Assembly (NCBI GenBank): GCA_973895155.1
Contig: OZ316894.1
Location: 25,232,709-25,296,708, forward strand
Direction of reading: 5' to 3'
Source: Marsupella aquatica
Lineage: Eukaryota > Plantae > Marchantiophyta
DNA: 64,000 nt
Positions within the stretch are counted from its first letter, which is position 1, and each line of letters opens with the position of its first letter. Below are positions 41,956-51,562 of this stretch, in pieces. The translations under genes were made by a program, and so were the position numbers. Under the pieces are notes generated by a model. It was given only the letters and a program-made list of their open reading frames with translations. It had not been told where the DNA came from and ran no database searches.

Positions 41956-42288
41956 TGTCACACCATTCTGAGGAGTGTAGTAGTATATCGTGCTATTAAT
42001 TAGAGTATGTACGTTTGGTATGAGTGCTATTGGAGCCGATAAGGTTCTGTCAGGTTTGTGTGAGAGGGTACTTCTCACTTGTGAGGCATTGAAAGGTCAT
42101 CTTTCAATGTTGAGCCTTGGAGAGAGAGGAGCTTGAGTGTGGCTATGGTGGCTGTGAGCTCCGCTTGTGTAACGTGGATTCCTTGAGTAGTGCAAGGTGC
42201 GTTGGCTTGACATACGTGTGTGATCGGATCGGTGCGGGATCGATGGGGTATTGTTGACCGAGATCGTTGTGCCGATTGTATGGAGATT
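41956..42288 (+). repeat. Terminal repeat A, copy 1 (333 bp)
   Basis: Matches 51088-51420, with 4 substitutions seen. Confidence 0.95.
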
Positions 42289-42300
42289 ACATTGAAAGAT
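42289..42300 (+). promoter_or_regulatory. Putative self-priming primer-binding site
   Basis: ACATTGAAAGAT is the exact reverse complement of ATCTTTCAATGT (42099-42110) inside repeat A; no TGG-type tRNA PBS follows the repeat. Confidence 0.6.
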
Positions 42301-42559
42301 CACATTTGAAATCTACTGTACGGACTGTGCGGATAGAAGTTTGATTGATTGAGTTGTTGACGGTTCGTGGTAGCTCGGATCGTGTGTTGTTATCGAATAG
42401 ATCGTTGGTATCTTGACCTGTATCGTTGTTGTCCGATCGGCCTGCTTCCCGATCGATGTACAGATCTGTGATTGGTGACAGGTTTTGAGTTGGAGGTCGA
42501 TTGATGATTCGTGGAGGAAAGTGAATGTTGAGTAGATGTTGGACAATGGAAGTCAATCC

Positions 42560-43105
42560 GTGAGGCTTCAGATCCGATTGCCGACTACTGTGAGGCTTCA
42601 GATCTGATTGTTGGCTACTGTGGGGCTTCAGATCTGATTGTCGGCTATTGTTGGACAATGTTGGCAAGGCGCAGGTGAAGCGACGACTCTTTTCCTGAAG
42701 GAACGGAGCTGCCAATGCTCCATGTGGTGGTATCATCATTTCAGTGAAAGAAACGGGGGTCAAAGGTGTTGAATCAAGCTGCTGCCAATTCTGTGGAAGG
42801 GCTGCGTTTTTCATGAAGGAAATCGACAGTTTTCGGGAGCTTTTCGTGAAAGAAGTAGTCGTTTCTGGGGTCAAGTGTGAGGCGCACAAGGTCACCCATC
42901 CCGAAAGTGCTCGCGCGAGGCGACGCGTGAGGTCACCCATCCCGAAAGTGCTCCCAACCGCGAGCGCGAAGTCACCCATCGTGAGCGCAGGCAGGCGCGA
43001 GGTCGAGGTCACCCATCCCGGGGCTATTCCGGGCCGTGAGCGCGAGGGGAGGCACAAGGTCGAGCGCGAGGAGGTCACCCATCCCGGGGCTATTCCGGGC
43101 CGCAA
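42560..43105. repeat. Tandem repeats in the element leader
   Basis: A 30-bp unit GTG(A/G)GGCTTCAGATC(C/T)GATTG x3 (42560-42650) and GTCACCCATC x5 in a CpG-rich block (42890-43100). Confidence 0.8.
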
Positions 43106-43847
43106 GCGCTTAACTAGCAAGTTCTCATCCCACCTTGTGTACACACAAGCTTTGACAACTTGTTGTTTAGATTCAAGCGCCAGTGGGCTTTATACACTTC
43201 CCGGTTTGTTTAGAGGCCTATTCTAGGCCAAATCAGAGGCTGTTTGAGGGTTTTTGATACTTCTGAGTCCATCTAGACTCACAGATTGAACCAATTTTGC
43301 CTTGGTTCTCATCTACAACATTGGAGTGCCATTGTGAAGCCTATTATGAAGGCTCTTCCTTGAACCTTATGCACATTGTCATATTGATTTGCATTTGCTT
43401 TTGTGTGAAGAGTTGAATGGTATCCATTCTTGTTTCTGGATCCTCTTCACACATGTTTCCTGTTTATGCGCCATGTTAGTTTCGTGTGGGCGCTTGATTC
43501 CATAGGAGTGATCCGGGTTTGCAACTGGACATTCTAGTGTGCTGTGTATTTCTCTCTTGGTGATGTTGGAGTGATGCCCAACACACCATGGTGAGTGCTT
43601 GTGGTGCTGACAGGGATAGATTGCCCTTAGGGTTAGCACATAGATTAGGTTAGGGTTGGTCACCACGGATTCTTCTGGTGCTGCTGGATTACCCGATGGA
43701 CGACGGACCGGTTTCACTCAGAGTGGGGCACAGTTTTGGCCAGCGGCATTGGTAGCAGTCAGTAGTGCAGCTTCAGACAGTGATTCTGATGAGGACTCAG
43801 TGACCAGTTCTCCTCATCATCAGGTGGTTGCACCTTTGTTGTGGGAT

Positions 43848-45314
43848 ATGGACGAGATGTACGGGGCTACAAAGGGCCCACGACGATACTCTGGTGCAGT
43901 TGGCACAATTGATCTGGATGACTTCATCCAGGAGTTTGATACGTGGTGCGATATGCAGACATTGCGTAATGTCACGTTGTTTACCCCTTTCATGGCATGG
44001 AAGGGATTATTCCAGCATTTGGAGGGGCCACTCATGGATGACTACCATGAGTTTCGGAAGGCTCATTTGGTTGAGATTGAGGCATGGAGGCAGCATTGGT
44101 CGCCTAATTACGTGTCCATCACCTATGGCACTAGTGCGGCTGCCCAACCAATTGCCACAGCTGCTGCTTCTTCTAGCAGCACTAGCCAGAGTGGCACACC
44201 ATCCACCAGCAGCACTCCAGCAGCATCCACCACTACTCCTGCCGGTGTGATTGTGACAGGAACTGGAGTTGCGCCAGCATTTAATCCTGTGGTGGAATTC
44301 TTTGAGGTACTGAAGCAGAACTATCAGGGTGTGAGAACTGATAAGTTGAAGGGTCTTCAGGAGTTCCAACGCAAGACTGGAGAGAGCCTACGTGAGGCAT
44401 ACACACGTATGCGCAGATTGATCACTGTCACCAAGGGAGTGACAGAGGCTCAGGCAGTCCAGTTTTGGTATGCAATTCTGGACAGAGAATTGCGACGTAG
44501 AGTGAGAGATGTCACTCTGCTTAGGGATGCAGATCCCACATTAGCAGTTGTTTTCACCCTTTCTGAGCGCATTGAGCTCAATATGGTGAATGAGAAGGTG
44601 GTGACTTTCGGATTTGCCAAGGAAGCACCAAAGGCTGCATCTACATCCACACCACAGCCTACTGCACGGAAGAGCCAGAGGGAGAAGCCTACTGCACGAG
44701 AGTCTACCAGCCAGAGACCTGTGCCCTCTTATGCTGGACAGCAGTCAGGATGTTGGACCTGTGGTGGGGATCATGCACAGAGATATTGTCCAGATCATAG
44801 AGGATCAGGGGGAGCATCAGCGCCTGATCAGCGACAGTGTGATCACTGTGGAGCTCCTGGACACACCAAGGATAGGTGTTTCTCACTCCACCCTGAGTTA
44901 CGGAGAGGAGGATCCCGTACACATGATCAGGGAAGAGGAGGAGGAGGTAGAGGTGGTGGACGTGGTCATGGCATGCCACATGCAGGGAGACAGGGAGGTG
45001 ACGCTGCCCCTACTGTAACCATAGATCCAAAGGATGCTAAGATTGCTCAATTGGAGCAACAACTAGCTGCCATGGCTAGTTCCCAGGTGAGACCTAATTC
45101 TGGTAATGGGGCATCTACATCCTATGGACCTTCCACATCCCATGGTCCTTCCACATCTTATAGAGCTGATGGAGACCTTGCCACCATGGGATTCATGTGT
45201 GGCACTGCACATATTGATGCATCAACAGCTTTGACACGTGGGGCAGCCAAAGCTCTTGAGCCCCGAGGAGCAGTAGTGGAGTTAGATCCACAAAGGGGGG
45301 ATGCACGTCGATAG
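43848..45314 (+). CDS. gag: Gag with two zinc knuckles
   Basis: FQRKTGESLREAYTRM (retrotransposon gag-like), CWTCGGDHAQRYC and CDHCGAPGHTKDRC, RGG-rich stretch; ATG at 43848; TAG at 45312 with the frame open beyond it. Confidence 0.85.
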   Translation: MDEMYGATKGPRRYSGAVGTIDLDDFIQEFDTWCDMQTLRNVTLFTPFMAWKGLFQHLEGPLMDDYHEFRKAHLVEIEAWRQHWSPNYVSITYGTSAAAQPIATAAASSSSTSQSGTPSTSSTPAASTTTPAGVIVTGTGVAPAFNPVVEFFEVLKQNYQGVRTDKLKGLQEFQRKTGESLREAYTRMRRLITVTKGVTEAQAVQFWYAILDRELRRRVRDVTLLRDADPTLAVVFTLSERIELNMVNEKVVTFGFAKEAPKAASTSTPQPTARKSQREKPTARESTSQRPVPSYAGQQSGCWTCGGDHAQRYCPDHRGSGGASAPDQRQCDHCGAPGHTKDRCFSLHPELRRGGSRTHDQGRGGGGRGGGRGHGMPHAGRQGGDAAPTVTIDPKDAKIAQLEQQLAAMASSQVRPNSGNGASTSYGPSTSHGPSTSYRADGDLATMGFMCGTAHIDASTALTRGAAKALEPRGAVVELDPQRGDARR

Positions 45315-46150
45315 ACAAAACTTCCTCAGTCTTTTACATTGTCAGAGACAGTTCAGACTGCCTCTATGAACCCGGTTCGGACAAACCCTGATGTGGGTAA
45401 GTTGGCAGAATCAGGTAGTGATGCAGCAGGGATGACAGGTACCTTGTTGGGGGCGGCTACTGCCATAGTACGCACCCCATTATTTTCAGCGACAGACATG
45501 CTGAACTTGGAAGTTGGTCCTGCAGAAGTATTCAGATTGGCAGCTACACTCTGTGAGGACACTCCAGTGGTTGCTTCCCATGCAGAAGCAACTTGCAGTG
45601 TTGATGCAGTAAAGACCATGCCACCTACTGCTACTAGTGAGACATGGCATGCAGCAGCAGCGAGGTTGGTGGATTTACCAGCACGCCCTGCATTTGAGAG
45701 GACTAGGTTTAAACCTAGTGTTGTGTCATTGGATAATCGGAGTGGTATCTTCCGATTAGTTGGGCCTTCTGGAGCAGTATACCAGCCAGAGAGAGTGTTA
45801 CTGGATACTGGTGCTCAGCCCTTGATGTTGGGGAAGTCTGCCATACGTGGGTTGGGATTGCGTCCAGAGGATTTGGAGGATTGTCTCTTTCTCATTCAGA
45901 CTTCATTGGGGGGACCTACACCTACATAGCATATCACCAGGAGACCACTTGATTTGAGGATTCAGGAAGGTCATACCACAGATAGCTCACAGATACAGGC
46001 GCGAACTATTCTGACTAAGGCAGAGTCATATGATGTGTTGGTGGGATGTACAGTGCTCTACCCCATGGGATTTATTCTTGATTTTTGGGAGGAATCAGTG
46101 TCATATAGACCTGATTGGCAGTCAGGAGATGCTCGATTGAGCAAATTGCC
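45315..46150 (+). pseudogene. Retropepsin-type aspartic protease region, interrupted by TAG at 45927
   Basis: VLLDTGAQPLMLG active site and downstream YDVLVG; same frame as gag. Confidence 0.8.
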
Positions 46151-46499
46151 AGTGAGATTTAGTGGACCTATGGGAGGCCCTAAATCCACACCATTGTCTT
46201 TGGCAGCATTCAGTGGTGTAATTGCTGGACCTGATGATTTGATTGAGGGTAATGCGAATGCAGCCGATGTTCCACCATTGGAGGAGTCTCATGAGGAGCA
46301 CATCATGCGAGGATTACCTGTTGGCAGTGTTGTGCCACCAGTGTGGGGCATTGCACAAGCCTTGCCACAGGCAGCAGCACGATTGGTACATGATGCATGG
46401 CGTCATGCTTTTACACCACAGTCAGGAGTAGAGCAGTCTCTTGCAGATGGACCTGTGACTCTTTCACCATTGGATACCACTCCTATTGCTTGGCAGTAT

Positions 46500-47455
46500 C
46501 CACCGGAGGGTATTTGTTTGTTGGATCTTTTTGGTGGGATTAGCACTGGATTGGCTGCTGTTCTTCAGGCAGGAATTCCTGTGCGTCGTTATTTGTATGT
46601 GGAGACAGATGAGACAACACGGAGGGTCTCATTGCGACATGTGGCTATGTTGGTGGATAGATATCCACAGTTGCTGCCAGTGGATGCTGTTCGTGGTTAT
46701 CAGCATGCACTACCTGCTGATATTTCATTGTTGGGGGCGGATCATCTACATCGTGTTGGCCCCATTGATTTGGTGATTGCTGGTTGGCCATGTCAGGGCC
46801 AATCTAGAGCTGGCATTGGGCATGGACTTCATGATCCACGCTCTGCATTGTTTTGGGAGATGTTACGGGTGCTACGTCATCTCCAGCTACATCAGACACA
46901 GTCTCCAGCATACATTTTGGAGAATGTGCCATTGTTAGGTGATGATCGTAGTCGGATTGTTGCTAGTATTCACCAGGTGAGGTCTTGGATTGGACCTGCT
47001 GTGTTATTGGATGCTGCACGTGTGGGTTCTCGTGCACATCGTCCACGCTTGTGGTGGACTAATTTGATCCCATGTGAGGTGCTGAAGCGTGTATTTGACA
47101 GCATTCCACGCTCACCAGCCTTAGTGGTGGATAATATTTTGGATCCAGGGCGTCGTGCACAGGGTGTGACCCAACCTGATAGACCTCCATTGGCAATGGT
47201 CAATTCAGTTGGGTGCCCACGTTGTGCATTACCCACTCTTGTCAGCCACTCTACTTCATATGCATTCAGAGCAGGTGGCCCTGGACTTGTATGGGACACA
47301 GCTCTCCAGCAGTTAGTGGAGCCTACTGCTGATGAGAGAGAGCGTGCTATGGGATTTTTGACTGGCACCACTGCAGTTGCCTCTGTGTCAGAGGGTTTGC
47401 GGCGCCAGGTTCTTGGTCAAGCAATGGATTTGAATTGTTTAACTTGGATTATTAG
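46500..47455 (+). CDS. C5 cytosine DNA methyltransferase domain (DNMT3-like motifs) inside the polyprotein
   Basis: Motif I LLDLFGGISTG, II YVE, IV AGWPCQGQS (catalytic PC), VI ILENV, VIII HRPRLWWTN, IX ERERAMGF, X RRQVLGQAMD; no stop inside the domain. Confidence 0.92.
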
Positions 47456-47648
47456 CTTGGGAGTAGCAGACCAGTTGCGGATGCGCTCTGCTGGAATTAC
47501 TGATTGTCCCTTGGTGAGCTTGCGGTCCACTGAGACAGTATTGACCACAGTTGGGGGCGAGCAGACAGTCCATGGACCTATGGCAGAATTGGCCAAAGCT
47601 GGACAGATTGTTGAGCAGGAAGGGACTGCTCAATCTACTGCTAAATAG

Positions 47649-49079
47649 CAATCATCGGCTATCTCTTCTACCCTACAAAGAGATATTAGGGATTTGGTGG
47701 AGAGTTGGGAACCACAGCTTGGCCCTAAGTTAACAGGGGAGGAGAGACGTCGCATGCATCGATTCCTGAAGAGTTATTGGAATTGTTTTGCATTCAGCAT
47801 GAAGGATTTGGGGACATTGAAGGGCCCTGGTATTCAGATTGAATTGGCTAGTGATGCGCCAATCTTTCGTAGACCATACCGTTATAGTGACATGGAGAGA
47901 GCTCTGATTCAAAGCAGAACTCAAGATTTGTTGGAGGCTGGATTGGTGGAGATTTCATATGGGGAGTATGCATCTGCCACAGTGATGCCAGCCAAGAAGG
48001 ATGTGCATGGCAATTACACAGATAGGCGCATGTGTGGTGATTACAGACCTATTAATCGCCAGACAAAATCTGATCGATATGCCATGCCCACACCTGAGGA
48101 GATCTTTGATGTTGTGGGGCATGCAAAGGTTTTCAGTTCATTGGATCTGAGGGCAGGATACCATCAGCTTCCAATTAGGCATGCTGATAGGTCCAAGACA
48201 ACATTCTGGGGGATTGATTCTTATGGCAAAGATCGTTTGTATCAATGGTTATTCTTACCATTTGGGTTGAAGAATGCACCAGCTGAGTTCCAGAGAGTCA
48301 TGGATCGAATCCTTGCAGGTTTGGATTTTGTCAGATGTTATATTGATGATATTTTGGTCTATTCTTCTACTGTGGAAGAACATCAGCAGCACTTGCAGAC
48401 TGTGTTGGAGAGATTGAGAGCACATGGGTTGAAGCTCCATCCTAGCAAGTGTAAGTTCTTCCAAGACCAGATTGAGTATTTGGGCCACACCATATACCCA
48501 AGAGGATTGGGTGTACAGCAGACTAAAGTGGAAGCCATTACACAAATTCCTTGTCCTACTGATGTGAGTAGAGTTCGTGCATTCTTGGGATTGGCGAGCT
48601 ACTACAGGAGGTATGTTAAAGGATTTAGCCAACTTGCTAAACCTTTGACCATACTCACTAAGTTGGATCAGGAATGGATTTGGGGTGATGACCAAGAGCA
48701 TGCCTTTCAGGAGTTGAAGCAAAGGTTGGCATCATCCCCTATTTTGAGAAGACCCATTTTAGGCAGACCATTTCAGCTACACACTGATTGGAGTGGAGTA
48801 GGACTTGGAGCAGTGCTGACTCAGAAGGATGATGAGGGGAATGAGTTTATTGTGGCTTATGCCAGTAGATCAAACAATTCAGCAGAGGCTAAGTATAGCT
48901 CTTATGAGGGAGAGTGTTTGGTAGCAGTGTGGGCTGTTGCACACTTTCGTTGCTACTTGTTTGGTAACCCCTTCACCTTGATCACTGATCATCAGCCTCT
49001 TAAGTGGTTAATGGAGTCTGACAAGCTTATAGGGAAGCTTGCACGATGGGCATTGTTGTTACAGGAGTATGATTTCTAG
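47649..49079 (+). CDS. pol: Reverse transcriptase and RNase H (Ty3/Gypsy type)
   Basis: RMCGDYRPIN, LDLRAGYHQ, LPFGLKNAPAEFQR, YIDD, FLGLASYYRRY, LHTDWSGVGLGAVL, YSSYEGE, ITDHQPL; ends at an in-frame TAG (YDF*VVHRPG). Confidence 0.95.
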   Translation, partial: QSSAISSTLQRDIRDLVESWEPQLGPKLTGEERRRMHRFLKSYWNCFAFSMKDLGTLKGPGIQIELASDAPIFRRPYRYSDMERALIQSRTQDLLEAGLVEISYGEYASATVMPAKKDVHGNYTDRRMCGDYRPINRQTKSDRYAMPTPEEIFDVVGHAKVFSSLDLRAGYHQLPIRHADRSKTTFWGIDSYGKDRLYQWLFLPFGLKNAPAEFQRVMDRILAGLDFVRCYIDDILVYSSTVEEHQQHLQTVLERLRAHGLKLHPSKCKFFQDQIEYLGHTIYPRGLGVQQTKVEAITQIPCPTDVSRVRAFLGLASYYRRYVKGFSQLAKPLTILTKLDQEWIWGDDQEHAFQELKQRLASSPILRRPILGRPFQLHTDWSGVGLGAVLTQKDDEGNEFIVAYASRSNNSAEAKYSSYEGECLVAVWAVAHFRCYLFGNPFTLITDHQPLKWLMESDKLIGKLARWALLLQEYDF

Positions 49080-50774
49080 GTGGTGCATAGGCCTGGAAAA
49101 GTGAACTTGGATGCAGATGGATTAAGCCGCAATCCATGTACCAGTCAGCAGGATGAGACTGGAGCCAGATGGCATGATGAGTCAGATAAGGAGATGGTGC
49201 CAGGATGGCATGCATCTGCCTTTCTTTGTTGGGTGTCAGCATACAGTGGATCTGTGGACTCTACTTCATTGGATGGAGTGGGTGATGAGTCTTCAGATGT
49301 GGATGTTGGTGAGGTAACTTCTGGACAACAAGATATTCACAATGATGTGAGAGTGTTGGAATATCTGCGCAGTGGTTCTATTGTTGGCAGTGTTGATGCC
49401 AAGGAACGTGACAGGGTTCTACAGAGAGCCAAGAGATTTCGATGGGAGGGAAACCATCTTTTGAGAGTACTGCATGATGGTAGGATGTTGGTGGTACCAA
49501 AACCATCACAACGAGTACATTTGGTGCGACATGCGCACGAGGAGTTGGGTCACTTTGGTGTGAAGCGCACTTATAGCTTGCTGCAGACACAGTATTGGTG
49601 GCGTGGTATGCACACTCATGTCCAACAGTTGATAGCTAAGTGTGTGGTATGTGATAGAGTGAGAGCATCATTTAATGCTCCCACTCCCCAGTTGCACCCG
49701 TTGCCGATCATGGGTTTGGGATATCGTTGGAGTTTGGATTTTGCTGGTCCATTACCTCTTACCCAACGTCATAATCGGTATGTTTTGGTCATGGTGGAGC
49801 ACTTCTCCAAGTGGATTGAGCTAGTGGCGTTGCCAGATAAAGCCAGTGGAGGAGTTGCTGCTACATTTTTGGATCGTGTACTCAGTCATTTTGGAGCACC
49901 AGCTGAGGTGTTGACTGATCAAGGAACTGAGTTCCGTGGAGAGTTTGAGAGTTTGTGTGAACAAGCTCTGATTGATTATCATACTACCTCTCGTGATCAT
50001 CCTGAGGCAGATGGATTAGCTGAGAGAGTTGTACAAACTGTGAAGAGAGGATTGCGTAAGTATGGCTTGCAGGTTGGTCATCTGGGAGATTGGGATCTCC
50101 AGCTATCTTGGTTAGCTATGGGCTACCGTTTCAGTCGGCAAGCATCACTTGCATCCTTCTCACCCTACTTTTTGCTCTATGGTAGAGAGCCAGATTTGCC
50201 AGCAACTATTCGTCGTCATGCTGCACCAGTTGTGAACTTGGATGATCCTGATGTTTGGGTCAAGGTGTGTTCAGAGAGAGCACGGGTATTTCAGAGAGTG
50301 ATGCCCATGGCTTTTGACAACCTTGCCATTGCCCAACATCGTGATACTTTGAGGTATGCCACTATTCGTGGAGGAGGTTACCGTGCAAGCATTCGACGAT
50401 TTCATCCTGGTGATTATGTTTATTTGCAGCAGACAGCACCCACGACACTTGATGTGACCGCAGGCCGGACAATCTTACGTGTGCGTGAAGTGTTGCCTTC
50501 TGGTGTCCTGATGTTGGAGGGACGCGATGGTATGGTTTGGAAGGATCATGTGCGCAACTGTGCACCATGTCACCTTCCCAACATTGATGGTACAGTAGAT
50601 CCAAGCTTGGCACATGTTCGTGCTGGCTTGAAATGTATGTTGTGTGGATCTACTCAGGGAGCAGCTACTATGTTGATTTGTGATAAGTGTTCTAGAGGAT
50701 GGCACATGTCATGTTTGACACCACCATTGCAGGTGATTCCTAGTGGATCATGGTTGTGTCCTCAGTGTCGGTGA
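49080..50774 (+). CDS. DDE integrase with C-terminal PHD finger
   Basis: HEELGHFG...CVVC (HHCC), WSLDFAGP, LTDQGTEF, DGLAERVVQT; C4HC3 finger CMLC..ICDKCSRGWHMSCL..WLCPQC at ~50634-50768. Confidence 0.93.
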   Translation: MVHRPGKVNLDADGLSRNPCTSQQDETGARWHDESDKEMVPGWHASAFLCWVSAYSGSVDSTSLDGVGDESSDVDVGEVTSGQQDIHNDVRVLEYLRSGSIVGSVDAKERDRVLQRAKRFRWEGNHLLRVLHDGRMLVVPKPSQRVHLVRHAHEELGHFGVKRTYSLLQTQYWWRGMHTHVQQLIAKCVVCDRVRASFNAPTPQLHPLPIMGLGYRWSLDFAGPLPLTQRHNRYVLVMVEHFSKWIELVALPDKASGGVAATFLDRVLSHFGAPAEVLTDQGTEFRGEFESLCEQALIDYHTTSRDHPEADGLAERVVQTVKRGLRKYGLQVGHLGDWDLQLSWLAMGYRFSRQASLASFSPYFLLYGREPDLPATIRRHAAPVVNLDDPDVWVKVCSERARVFQRVMPMAFDNLAIAQHRDTLRYATIRGGGYRASIRRFHPGDYVYLQQTAPTTLDVTAGRTILRVREVLPSGVLMLEGRDGMVWKDHVRNCAPCHLPNIDGTVDPSLAHVRAGLKCMLCGSTQGAATMLICDKCSRGWHMSCLTPPLQVIPSGSWLCPQCR

Positions 50775-50938
50775 AGCCGACTAGTTATCATTTGTGTTCT
50801 CTTGGCAGATATGGATTGCAGGTAGGTGATCGATGGGGCTCACTTGCACCCGGCCTCCTGATCTTCACACCTAAAAAGGTGTATATCAACCTTGTAGAAC
50901 TCATGGCTAGCTAGAGTTAGGGGACCTTACTCCCAGCT

Positions 50939-50947
50939 AGGGGGGCG
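50939..50947 (+). promoter_or_regulatory. Polypurine tract
   Basis: AGGGGGGCG immediately before repeat B copy 1. Confidence 0.7.
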
Positions 50948-51558
50948 ATTGTGGGTTTTGGACATGTGTGGACATGAGTTCCACTTGTATTCCATTCTCT
51001 TGTATTTGTGATGTGGCAGTGTGACTATGTCTGGATGTATGTGACAAGCGATGTATGTTGTGTAGCGATATGTATGCGCACGACAGCTGTCACACCATTC
51101 TGAGTAGTGTAGTAGTATATCGTGCTATTAATTAGAGTATGTACGTTTGGTATGAGTGCTATTGGAGCCGATAAGGTTCTGTCAGGTTTGTGTGAGAGGG
51201 TACTTCTCACTTGTGAGGCATTGAAAGGTCATCTTTCAATGTTGAGCCTTGGAGAGAGAGGAGTTTGAGTGTGGCTATGGTGGCTGTGAGCTCCGCTTGT
51301 GTAACGTGAATTCCTTGAGTAGTGCAAGGTGCGTTGGCTTGACATACGTGTGTGATTGGATCGGTGCGGGATCGATGGGGTATTGTTGACCGAGATCGTT
51401 GTGCCGATTGTATGGAGATTATTGTGGGTTTTGGACATGTGTGGACATGAGTTCCACTTGTATTCCATTCTCTTGTATTTGTGATGTGGCAGTGTGACTA
51501 TGTCTGGATGTATGTGACAAGCGATGTATGTTGTGTAGCGATATGTATGCGCACGACA
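50948..51558 (+). repeat. 3' composite end: B1 (50948-51085), GC, A2 (51088-51420), B2 (51421-51558)
   Basis: B1 and B2 are identical 138-bp copies (ATTGTGGG...CACGACA); the B1/A2 junction is the palindrome GACAGCTGTC. Confidence 0.95.
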
Positions 51559-51562
51559 GAGT

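Larger units (their letters stand above)
41956..51558 (+). mobile_element. Ty3/Gypsy-type retrotransposon with split terminal repeats (A...B-A-B), a DNA methyltransferase and a PHD finger
   Basis: Termini TGTC...GACA; GAGT at 41952-41955 and 51559-51562; domain order PR-(DNMT)-RT-RH-IN. Confidence 0.93.

Noticed and set aside
42287-43144. 285-aa antisense ORF in the retroelement leader
   Set aside because: Built from tandem repeats and GC-rich low-complexity sequence; no recognisable domain
41956-51558. DIRS/Ngaro/PAT classification because of the split direct repeats
   Set aside because: No tyrosine recombinase ORF is seen; the element has an aspartic protease, a DDE integrase, a PPT and a TSD
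50948-51558. B-A-B read as a separate TRIM or nested mini-element with 138-bp LTRs
   Set aside because: No TSD surrounds B1..B2, B1 directly follows the large element's PPT, and the GAGT duplication pairs A1 with B2
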